Source: Bispira polyomma
Taxonomy: Eukaryota
NCBI GenBank assembly: GCA_965649765.1
Contig: OZ287761.1
Location: 13,144,001-13,208,000 of the forward strand
Length of the DNA: 64,000 nt
Reading direction: 5' to 3'
Shown here: positions 1 to 11,000 of the stretch, piece by piece
How positions within the stretch are numbered: position 1 is the stretch's first letter
How the letters are laid out: every line of letters starts with the position of its first letter
The notes under the pieces: model-generated
The model's database searches: none
Told to the model about the DNA's origin: nothing
What the model saw: the letters and a program-made list of their open reading frames with translations, nothing else
Made by a program: the position numbers and the translations under genes

Positions 1-28
1 TCAAAAAAATGAAAAAAAAAAACCTTAC

Positions 29-3000
29 CAGCCGTTTTCGTCGCTTAAAAATTGGTCCGCCGTCGAGGCTTTTGGACATAAGCTTCTTGCCGAAGAAGAG
101 CCTCTTCTGCGACGCCCGCAGGTTGCTCATCACCTTGTTGACGGCCTTGCGGAACTTGGTGTCTTCCTTCTGCTTCCTATGCTTCTTCTGTTCCCCCAGA
201 TACCACTCCAAATCGTAGCGCATCTTGTTGTTCTCCTCCGCAGGAAATGGGAACTGGGTCATCATCCCGTGGACGCTTTGCGTCAGCTTCAGGTTGGTCA
301 CGTCCCCGCCGTGGAAGCTGTAGCCGTACTCCTCCATGTAGGTGTCTCGGGGCACCTCCAGACTCCTGGCTCTTCTGAAGTCTTGCTGCTTCTTACTACT
401 ACTAGATTTCCCGAGCTTTGTTGTATTGTTGCTGTTGTTCTTGTTCCTAGTGATGACAGTGGACTCTGTAGTATACGAATCGTGGCATGCCTCGCTGGTG
501 GATTCATCTATTATGCAATTTAGAGAAGAAGTATTTCCACGATTGTTCGAGGTGGATTCGATGAAGCTCAGACTCTTGCTGCGGTTCTGAAGAAACTTCC
601 GCTTTTTTTTGGTGCTACATGAAACTGTCAAACTTGTTGACGTGTCTTCACTCGGAAGAGTAGTAATGTTACTGGACCTACCAGTGTCCTTTTTGGCACA
701 ATCTTTTTCTTCGCTGTTTAATTCTGCAGTTATTTCTCTGCTTAAAGGCGAGTGTATGGTGCACTGAGTAGTCAGTTGCAGATACTGAGAGTTTGGACCC
801 CTACTAGTTTGGCCATATGACTGTCTTGAACCAGGGCCTGCTGGCTTTTTCTTGGTTTTCTTCTGTTCTATTTCTTTAATTTTGGCCCTCGTATAGTTCA
901 ACAATACGCCAAGATCCACACTCTGGGTCATTGGTGAAGAACTCGATAAGTTAGAACTATGGACCCGCTGCACTACTGAGTGTTCAGCAAAATTTGTGGT
1001 TTCTCTCTTCGATTTACCTTCACCCAACGATTTGAGCTCTGGAAGACATTGAAATTCATCACCTGCTGCACTGTCCTCATCATCATACTGGTCGAATACA
1101 TCAGCAGTAGTAGTTTTTACCCTGTTCATCATGCCACGCTTTTTTAATGGAAAGGCAGTTTCTGAATCGGAATATCTTCTGTTTCGCCTACTACTGTGCG
1201 ATGATTGTTGCACTTCTTTGGCAGATAGAGATCTTTCCCACATTCCTCTCTCTCCCGCATTGCTTTCGTATGATAATAGCTTTTTGAGTTTTGCCTCATC
1301 ATAAGATTGTGAAAGCATGTGGTCCTGAGCAGGTGTGTAGCCCTGCTTTAGGAACCTGCCATAGTTCAAATGTGAATTTGCAGAATATTGAAACCAATCC
1401 CTCTTTTGGTCGTTCTCAGTTGGTAACAAATATCTACTTCCCTGTGAGTACCCAGCGTACCTTGGGTGATTCTTTGCAGGGTTCGCTGACCTCAACTCTT
1501 TTAAGCAATGCTTACTCTTGCATTGTTCAGGCAGAGCAATCCTTAATAACCTGGCTGACTGTACTGTTCCTAAGTTTGAATAGTTTAATTTCCTGCTTCT
1601 ATTACTATTATTACCACCAGTATTGCAGCTTTCCAAACTGTCAGAACTCAGTGATCCATCGGAAGTCAGTGATGACAACGCATAAGAATCTTCACTTTCA
1701 AACGAACTAGCCACAAGATGGCCAGTGTCACCTGTGATTTTACTGATGTTTGGAGGGTGACATTTTGTATTGTCAAGGCTCCTTGAATACACAGTCTTTA
1801 TGAAATGTTTAATAAACACACGGTCTCTGGAATGGTTTCTCTTTAGATCAACATTCTTGATATTTTGCCCACCACTCCAGCTGGTGTCGATACCTGAGCT
1901 TTGAGAGTCCTGAGAAGTTCCTAAACTTTGCAACTTTGGTTTACATTGGGAGCCTTTCGAACTTTGACACAAACTTAGACTGCTCTGACACATGGCAGAG
2001 TTCTTATTCAGCAGTGGGGAATGCAACATCTTCACACTTATGATCACTTTCTGCCTACAATCTTCCTTCCACTGTGTCTTTTCTGCTGATATATATTTTG
2101 TCTTAACTTCCTTTACAGATGGCCGCAGATCAGAAACTGGGAAGCTACAATTCATTTCCGTATTCCGTTCAAACATTTGAAACGATGACATACTTTTAGA
2201 AGAGCTGTTTTGATGTATCTGTCTTTGCGACTTTTTCTTCTCTGTAACTATGTCTGCAGCAGTGGGTATACCTGAGTATTTGTTAAGCAGTAGTTCTTTC
2301 TTATTTTGTGGATCATCATTTTCGCTTCCGCTAAACACATTCGGTCGCCCTGATAGTGAAATATATCCTTCTAGCAAATCACTTGCATAAGAAGCCATTC
2401 GTTGTGGTGTTCTACTTTTATCAGTTTTTCTTTTATCGACTGACAGATTACTAGACTTAGCTGAAGTAGTTTTAAAATTATAACCTTTATATCCAGTACC
2501 TTTGTTTCCTTGATTATCTATCTGGGTCAAGTAGGATGGTCTTATGGCAGGTCTTCTGACATTTCTTTCACCTGGTTTTTTCTGAGAAGAGCTTCTACTA
2601 ATCTTTGGTGAGTTTTTCAGTATACCTGGCCTCGGCCATTTCATAGCAGCTGTCACATTAGATGTATCACAGTGGTTTTCAGGTGACTGAGAACCTTCAC
2701 GTCCTACATTAAGGTACAAATTGTTACCGGCTGTGCCAACCAATTCTGGTTCACTCTTTGATCTGCCAGTTCGTAAGTCTCCAGGACTGGGAGCCAGATT
2801 GTGATACCCAAAGGTTGAAACAAGACTTCCTCGCTGGTTCATGTATGAATCGTCATAGATGCCACATTCACACACCAGACGGTTATTGCCATTCACTTTG
2901 CTAATAAGAGATCTACACAATGGCAAAGAGGGATCTTCATCTACGAAACTTTTAAGCCTTTCTTCTAACGGAGTGAACACTACCCCTTCACTGCTACAAT

Positions 3001-4423
3001 TTTGGTTTTGCAATACCTTTAATACGGACGATTTCTGATCATCGGTAGAATTAGAATTGACGAGGCTTTCTGGACTATAGTCATGCTTCAGTATGTTACC
3101 TGAAATAGTAAATACCCCTGTGTCATTCCCTGTGATTATGCCAGCATTATGTAGATCCCCCGACATTTGTTGGAGCTGGGAGTAGTCATCCACTAAAATG
3201 TCTGCTTTGTCCAAGGGAATGTTGCGAAGGCCAAGATCACCTGAAAAGCTAAAAGGCTGCTGCGCTCTACCAAATTTTGTCTTTTGATTTGGAATTGGAA
3301 TGAAGTACTGATCCGATTCATCACATATTGCTGTTGGAGTCAACGTAAAACCTCTGGCATCAGGAATTAGTCTTCTATCATAAGTGAGACCATATCCAGG
3401 AAAGGTCAAGGAATCCATACTGGCTGTGAGCGTTGAGGATCCACTACTTTCGCAAACCGTCCGAAAATCCAAATTTCCAGGTGACCGATGACTTTCTTGT
3501 AGAAGATACGGAATTCCTGAGTGCAATAATGAGCTAGCATTATGTCCAAAGTTTGTAGGTACACTTGACGGAATACTGGTGTAATGTTCGGCTGGTACTG
3601 ACCTGAGCTGCAATTCAACGGGAAGAGAACATCTTGGCTTCTTGTACACTTTGGATGATTTCGGACTTAGACTTTTTAAACCTTTATTAGGAAAATCAGC
3701 ATATTCTGGAACAGTGGTGGTACGACCATCGTCCAAAATATATTCAGAATCATGCAACCGCCGAATATTAGCATTTACTGAATGCTCGCTATGCTTCAAG
3801 TTTAAACTGTTTTTTCGATTTGAAACAGCAGCTCCTGTCTTCTGCTGGACATGGGACTGAAGGGGTTCCATTTCCAGGGCGGGATGTCCTAAAGGTCTAA
3901 GCACTTTGGGCACAGCTTTTGTTGTTGCTGTTGAATCAGACCGCAGAGCCGAATCGCAATCTTGGTCCTGCACATACCCGCCATTCCAAAATGTCTGGAA
4001 TGGTTCCGGTTCCGCTTCCAAGTGTTGGCTACCCTTTGCAGTGTTTGGTTCCAATCCAGTTGTTCTACACAATTCACACGCACATTTACTTGACTTTTGT
4101 AAATTGCTTTTTGTAATCTCTGGCTTTGCCGCCACCGAGTCCTTCTGCGAGTTATAGTAGGGCCTACTATTGTAGAACAGAAAGTCATTCCCTTCACCAT
4201 CCCTAGAATCAAACATCCCAACATCAGTCGACCTGCTTGAATTCGGTCCAACTTGCACCACATTTCTATGCACACTTTTGACAGGGGGCTTTGCAACTTT
4301 GACATTTTCTGACTTTTTGCCATACTTAGTATACCAAGCAGTATACATCACTATGTAGAGAGACTTAGCAACAACAGGTAATTTCCACTCCACTTCCTCA
4401 TAATGAGGTGACGAGTAACACAT
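29..4423 (-). CDS. Giant coding exon (1465 codons, Ser/Lys/Asn-rich, likely disordered); probable alternative N-terminal exon of the Cav-beta (CACNB) gene; continues by splicing beyond the window start
   Basis: Read codon by codon: no stop in this minus frame from the TAG at 4438-4436 to the window edge. First ATG 4423 (MCYSSPHYEEVEWKLPVV...); second ATG 4348 has better context (MYTAWYTKYGKK...). Ends ...KLMSKSLDGGPIFKRRKRL with a phase-0 donor CTG|GTAAGG at 29/28 followed by T-rich intron. Coding status is strongly supported by length; assignment to CACNB is inferred from strand, position and phase. Confidence 0.88.
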
Positions 4424-4535
4424 ACAGATCAAAGACTAGTCACAGGACCAACAGACAAGACTTGTGTCAATTCTCTTTCTTCAGAAGAGCCGTGGGTTAG
4501 AACGTTTCACTCTTTTTAATTTGAGTACCAATTAT

Positions 4536-6549
4536 AACTAGAAAACGGTTTTTGATAACAAAAACGAAGCGTCCCTAAAGTTGAAATAATAATGAAATTG
4601 TTTAGTGTACAAGGTTTGATATTGTTTAAAAGTTGACATATAAGCAGAATCAGCACTTTTGGTCAATGTAAGCTCGAAAAGGATCACCATTTCCGAGATA
4701 ACAGACGTTTTCTAAAAAGACGCAGAAATTGAAGATGGTTGCCCAAATCAAAAATTACTATAAAAATTTACATAAAAGAAAATTCAGCCCCATGAGTCGA
4801 AAAGGAGCTTGAAATCGCTCTATCTAGCACCGTTTCTGAGATAAAGGACATTTTCGAAAAAGACGCAGAAATTCAAGATGGCCGCCAAAATGTAACATTT
4901 TTTTAAAAGTTTAAATATAAGCAAAATCAACCCTGTGGATTGAAAATGAGCTCGAAATCGATCTATCTAGTACCGTTTCCAAGATAAATGACATTTTCGA
5001 AAAAGACGCAGAAATTCAAGATGGCCGACAAAATTAAAATTTTTAAAAAAGTTTACATATAAGCAAAATCAACCCTGTGGGTCGAAAATTTGCTCGAAAT
5101 CGCTCTATCTAGCAGCCTTTCCGAGATAAAGGACATTTTCGTAAAAGTCCCAGAAATTCAAGATGGCCGCCAAAATGTAACATTTTTTTAAAAGTTTACA
5201 TATAAGCAAAATCAACCCTGTGGGTCGAAAATGAGCTCAAAATCGCTCTATCTAGCAGTCTTTCCGAGATAAAGGACATTTTCGTAAAAGTCCCAGAAAT
5301 TCAAGATGGCCGCCAAAATTAATAATTTTTTGAACGATTACATATAAGCAAAATCAACCCTGTGGGTTGAAAATTAGCTGGAAATCGCTCTATCTAGCAC
5401 CGTTTCCGAGATAACGGACGTTTTCGAAAAAGACACAGAAATTCAAGATGGCCGCCAAAATTGAAAATGTTTTAAAAGTTTACATATAAGCAAAATCAAC
5501 CCTGTGGGTCGAAAATTAGCTCGAAATCACTCTATCTAGCACCGTTTCCGAGATAACTAACATTTTCGAAAAAGACGTAGAAATTCAAAATGGCCGCCAA
5601 AATTAATAATTCATTAAAAGTTTATGTATAAGCAAAATCAACCCTGTGGGTTGAAAATGAGCTCAAAATCGCTCTGTCTAGCACCGTTTCAGAGAAATCG
5701 TTTTATATCAGTAACGATCGCATATTTTTGGATGGGGTAAAAAATAAATAAAAATTCAGGCTATTCTTTAAAAGTTACGCGCTGCATATACTGGTCTAAA
5801 ATTAAAAATAAAAAAAATCCTCACACGCTCAAAAAAGCACCCATCAACACATTTTGTTCAATTGATCGACCCTGTCAATCAGTCAATTATGACCAGATTG
5901 ATCTAAAAATTTACGGACATCTATGCTTTGGTATTTGCAATGTGCATGCCAAATTTCATTGAACTATGACAAGTACTTCAAAAGAAAAGTTGATAAAAGT
6001 GCAAGATAGAGCAAAATAGAGCAAAATACTCATTTGAAGTACTCAGTACTCATTGAGTACTGGACTTAGAACTGTGAAATTTTTACATCATACATAAAAT
6101 CAAAAAGTAGATGAATAACTTATACCAAGAAAAAGCCGAAATCCCAATAGTTTCCGAGACAGCAAAAAAGTACCGATTTTTCGCATTTCAATAAAAATCA
6201 ATCGGTTGGCAATCGGTCAATTATCATCCGATTAATCTCATCAGCGTCTCCCGTCCTGAAAATTGCCTTACCAAGGTACATACCAAATTTCATTAAGCTA
6301 TGATGAATACTTTTTGAGAAAACCTAGTGACAAGCACTTTTACACCCCCAGGGTCACCTGACATTTAAGTAGGCCAAAGTTCAAAGCCAAGAATATCAAA
6401 AAAATTTCCCACTCCTGGTTAAGAGAACTGCCAAAAATAATTTTGATGCAGATAATATTGAAGGAGATATTCAAGGAAGACCATGCGGCGGCGGCGGCGA
6501 GGAAACCAGGGGTGAAACCAAATAACCGCCCTTTTCAAGGGACGCTTAA
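4536..6549 (-). mobile_element. Non-autonomous Helentron/DINE-1-type element (HINE) with internal satellite
   Basis: Subterminal inverted repeats AAGCGTCCCT (4567-4576) and AGGGACGCTT (6538-6547). On the minus strand: 5' palindrome CCCTTGAAAAGGG, (GCC)n microsatellite near 6485-6499, tandem core repeats, 3' hairpin GTTTTTGTTATCAAAAAC and CTAGTT terminus. No TSD seen. Confidence 0.85.
4625..5695. repeat. Tandem array of 142-143-bp units (about 7.5 copies) inside the HINE
   Basis: Motif AAGATGGCCGCC (with minor variants) recurs at 4875, 5018, 5160, 5303, 5445 and 5587, plus a degenerate copy near 4733. Confidence 0.95.
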
Positions 6550-8227
6550 GTAGTAGAGAACGGATATTCTAACATGACACGGCAGTGTTGGCGATTCTGA
6601 TTGGCCTACAGCCTCGGTAAAATTAACTGTATACCCATAAACGGAAATAGACAAAGTTCACCTAAAGTGTACTGGATCCCCAGTACATATAGTTCCTCCA
6701 ATAACATAATTTTTCAGTGAAAGTAGCCTGAATCAGAAATAATAATTTGTCATGTTAAAATAGGAATAACCAAATAAATCCAAAGCTTGATATACAGTAA
6801 TTTTTACCTCTGTCATTGGTTATTCCTATAATATAACGGTATCCAAAATCAACACTTATAGAGACAGATGTAGTCTTCTCTTGTAATCTTTTTGTTATGT
6901 GTTCATCCTTGTGACACAATATCACTGTAGATCCATGTCTTTCACAATTCAGATTACAATACAACATATTATTACAGAGTAAATTATTCATTCAAAATAA
7001 CAGATACAGTGTCAGACTGTCTTCATAAATCCATTCTTTCCTACAAATGTACGTCTTTATTTCATATTTTTGTACTTGTTTAGTTTTAAGATTATCCTTT
7101 CTTCCACACTAGAGAACCAAAAAGTTCTACTAATATATAAAAGTTTCCATTGTTAATTTGGTCTTTTTACAGAATATCTTTTGTAAGAAAGATATTGACA
7201 CGGATGAGGTTCGCCATTGTTATCCTTCGTAATACACACGCCCTACATTTTATAACTTGCAAATGCATTGAAGAAGAAATAATACTGCATAGTTAACTCA
7301 CCAATCAATTAACATAATTCCTTCCCCTTTTCTTTTAGCCAGATCATACCCAAGTCTTATTATACTTCTTGCTCGTCCAAAATCAATTCCCTTACTCCAG
7401 TGTCAGATATTTAGTGTTTACATTACAACTAAAAGTAATCTATTTAACCAATGCTAAGTTATTATACTCCTGGTGGTAATATTTGCTCACACAAGTCTTT
7501 AATGAAATGAAGATGATATTAGTAGCTGTACTTAAAAGAAAGTAAGGTTCCCCACCACACGACTTGGGAGGTAAAATGTATTCTTTAATGGACTTGTCTG
7601 CAGTTATGAAACTAATCCTTCAGTTTCATCAATAGAGAAAAGTCCGAAAACAGATGTCAGTTTCCAAAGTCTCTTTCATAATTTCGCCCGCAGGCAACGG
7701 TTCCGAAATTATCACTCACGAACAATTCAAACTGTGTACACAGGCAATTTGTGTATTTTACAGAAGGGGGAACAGCAGAAAAATATTTTTCCTCAGTAAA
7801 TGTTATTGGAGGGGAGGGTTGTTGTTTTTTTTGTTTGGGAATGAATAACAGTGTTTCGCTTAAAGGTGACTTGGGCTATGAGACCTAAGAGCACAATTCA
7901 CACTTGATTTGCTATTGAATTGTAGCCAAAGCCTTTTAAATGCTACTTCTGTATTGAAGCAATATCTCACAATGGACCGAATGCCCACTGGCTAGGATCA
8001 ATCACTTCGACAAGTGTGATTATACATATGTACACAGAGTAAGAGAGATTATAACAGTGGATCGTGCTCCAAGTCGAAGTTGAAAAAAAAATGTTTCCAA
8101 TTTACTGCTTGTTCGGCGAAGGGCCAATTTTAGTTCTACCAACTTCAACAATGACAGCAATTACAAAAGTGGCCGTAAAGCCTGTATTTTGGATCATATT
8201 CAACTTTTTCTACTTTACTACCATATT

Positions 8228-8590
8228 TACAGTTGAACCCTCTTTTAAGTAGAACCTCAAGGGCACTAAGGTAATAAATAGGGTTTTCCACTTATAACAG
8301 GGTCCAGTTTAACAGGGCCCAGTTTAACAGGGCTACATGTCTATGGATGCTTTATTAGTAATAACTAATTAGTAATAACTAAACCAGGTCCTGGTTATTA
8401 CAAATCATTAGATGCCAAGGGCTTCTTAGAAATTTCCTAGTCTAAGAAAAATTCTAAGAATCAGTGTAATTCTAAGAATAAGAATCTTTGTGAATACTGG
8501 CCACAGCTGGACTCTAGCTTTTTCCCACACAAAAGAAAACTTGACAGGGAAAATTACTTAACAGAGTTCCACTTAACAGGGTTCGACTTT
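8228..8590. mobile_element. Degenerate Tc1/mariner-pogo-type MITE
   Basis: TACAGTTGAACCCTCTTTTAAGT start and CACTTAACAGGGTTCGACT inverted end. Confidence 0.5.
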
Positions 8591-10857
8591 GTTGGTTTCA
8601 GTAGGTTCCACTTGGTTCTAGGAATTTGACTTACACTGGTTTTATATTTAACGAATATACTATAAATGCTTTATATTTTAAAAAATAAATATGTAACAAT
8701 AAAAATGTTTTGTTTTTTTAATATTGTTTAAACAGATGCTCGAGTAAAGATCAGACATATCAATTGACGCCCTTTCTTTATTCAGAGATTTATGTAATGT
8801 GAATGTTTAATATTTTGGAAATGAACAGAATAGAATTGTGTCTTTAGTCTTTACACAGAGTAATTCTTAGGAGGGGAGTAATCACACATAAAGGTAACAG
8901 TAGGACTGCATTATATCATCAAAATGACCCTTCTTTAAACCTCAACAAGGAATTTGAATGAAAGGCTTTGCTGTTTTTGTGGTACAAACATTGGCCATTT
9001 TTTAGAGCTTAAGGGACAGTCAGGTTCTATATGCCTTACACCTGGGCTTGTATTCACAAATATGCCTTATTTGGCTCAATCAATTTGATTGGCTGAAGAT
9101 ATTGTTTCAAAGAAGCCGATTGGCTGAGATTAAGTAACTTTTAAGAATTGTATTCTAGGAATGTTTCTGAATATAATGGCCCATGGTTATTTCTCTCAAA
9201 AAGTGGGCCCTTGGTAAATCGCCTCCAGTCATAGCTACTTTGCACGAGTCAAACTTTCAAAGTTTTCCTGATATTTTACATTGTAAAATTGTCAGGACAT
9301 TCTGGCAGTTTCTCTGTCAAATTACTTTCAGTTATAGCCATATTCAACTTATGATATACTACAAGCTATGCAAGCAAATTCGTATTTATAGAGCAAGAGA
9401 AGATTTGTACAAGTTTTTACAAAAGAGGTAGTCTTCATACAGATACATAATGTGGCGTTCACACCTTCACGCTTTATAGAGCCATTTTAACTCCCGATTT
9501 CAAGAGCTTGTATGTGATCTTTGATTCTTTAAACTATCTCTCTGCATACATTCTGTATACCCCGATCCATCATCTAAGGTAATAGTCTGACGTAATAGTC
9601 TTTTGAGAAAAGCAGTTTTAACTTTGCATTTAAATTCTCGGTTTGTTCGACGACCATTAGTAATGCGCATTCAAAGCCCGTCATTGGTAATTTTTATTTT
9701 GAGGCAAGAAATAAACTCATTTGTTTTATAGTTCATGCTACAGATTTAAGTACTTAAACACAAAACAAACAAATTGAAGAGACTAACTTCCCAAAATTGT
9801 TTCCTAAATTACCAGGATTATTTACAGTTTTCTATAGCAATTTTGTCGTTTTTCGTGCTGACTAAGCTGTTAGTTACATTTTCTTCATACAATCGGCATA
9901 TAAAAGATACAGACTATATATAACTTCTTGGTTTTATATATTACTGTAAAATACTTAATGGGACAAAAATGAAGGTAAAAAAACATCATTCTAGCACAAG
10001 TAGACCTAAATGAGTGCTAATATGACTGATTTGCACTTGGTGAACACACCTTAAATATGCAACAATGTAATTACCAGTAGGGTCAATACTCAGAAGCCAC
10101 CTGCGGCTTGCTCTAAACCACCTGACTGCTGTCACTGCTAGTAGCCTTGATAAGACTCTAATTCTTAATAATTATAACCTTTCACTCAATGCAGTGGGTC
10201 AGGTCTTGTGATTTGTGGTCAAACAAGCGTTACCTTGACAGGTAATGATGTCATAATTAAATTGCAACAACCTGGTTTGGGTGATATTGTCATTTATAGA
10301 AGTGGTCTGTGGCTTGCTCTAAACCACCTGAATGTCACTAGCTAGCGCTAGCCTCGATAAGACTCCATATTACAGTGTGTGATTTGATGGCAGTCCCCTT
10401 TTGCAATTTGCCACTAACTTCTGGTATGGTAGAGTAACTTTTAAAAATTTAAAAGCCCACTTGCAAGTAACTTTTTCGGGCAAAACATTTTTTTAAATGT
10501 GAATTTGCGATTTTCACAAGTTTTGCTGTGTTACCTTTCTCCATCTAGCGAGGTAACAAGCAATTGATTGTGTGATAGGTGTCAAACACAAATTTAAGAA
10601 AGTCCAGTAAAAGAAAAACAACATCTTCTAACAGATATATAAATACATATTGGTAATATATAAATGTCTTTAGTCTCATTTGTTGCATATATTATAACTA
10701 CAGAAAGTGACGTTCAAATACAAAGTCCAGCTTTCAACCAACCCTATCTTCACAGTTTGGTCATATGACCCTACCCATTCTGTCTAAAAAGTCGGAATGG
10801 TTTAGAACAGTTCTAAATGGTATTGCTACTAATCTAACGACGGGAACACATATTTCC

Positions 10858-11000
10858 TTTTTTTTCGGAACAGTTCAGAATGTGCCAATCTAATGCCACT
10901 ATTGTGTTTTTTTGGAACACTTCAGAATGCGCCAATCTAACGCCACTATTGTGTTTTTTGGAACAGTTCAGAATGCGCCAATCTAACGCCACTATTGTGT
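10858..11000. repeat. Minisatellite, 3 copies of 46-47 bp
   Basis: GGAACAGTTCAGAATGCGCCAATCTAACGCCACTATTGTG-like units at about 10867, 10914 and 10960. Confidence 0.9.

Noticed and set aside
29-157. Calling the giant exon unc-13/Munc13 from the AVNKV...MSKSL similarity
   Set aside because: The similarity is short, no C1/C2 exons are visible, and the exon lies downstream of a same-strand CACNB exon 2 in matching phase. Kept only as an alternative hypothesis.
9-4323. Short ORFs listed in the track over 9-4323 on both strands
   Set aside because: They are antisense or out-of-frame shadows of the 4.4-kb minus-strand exon.
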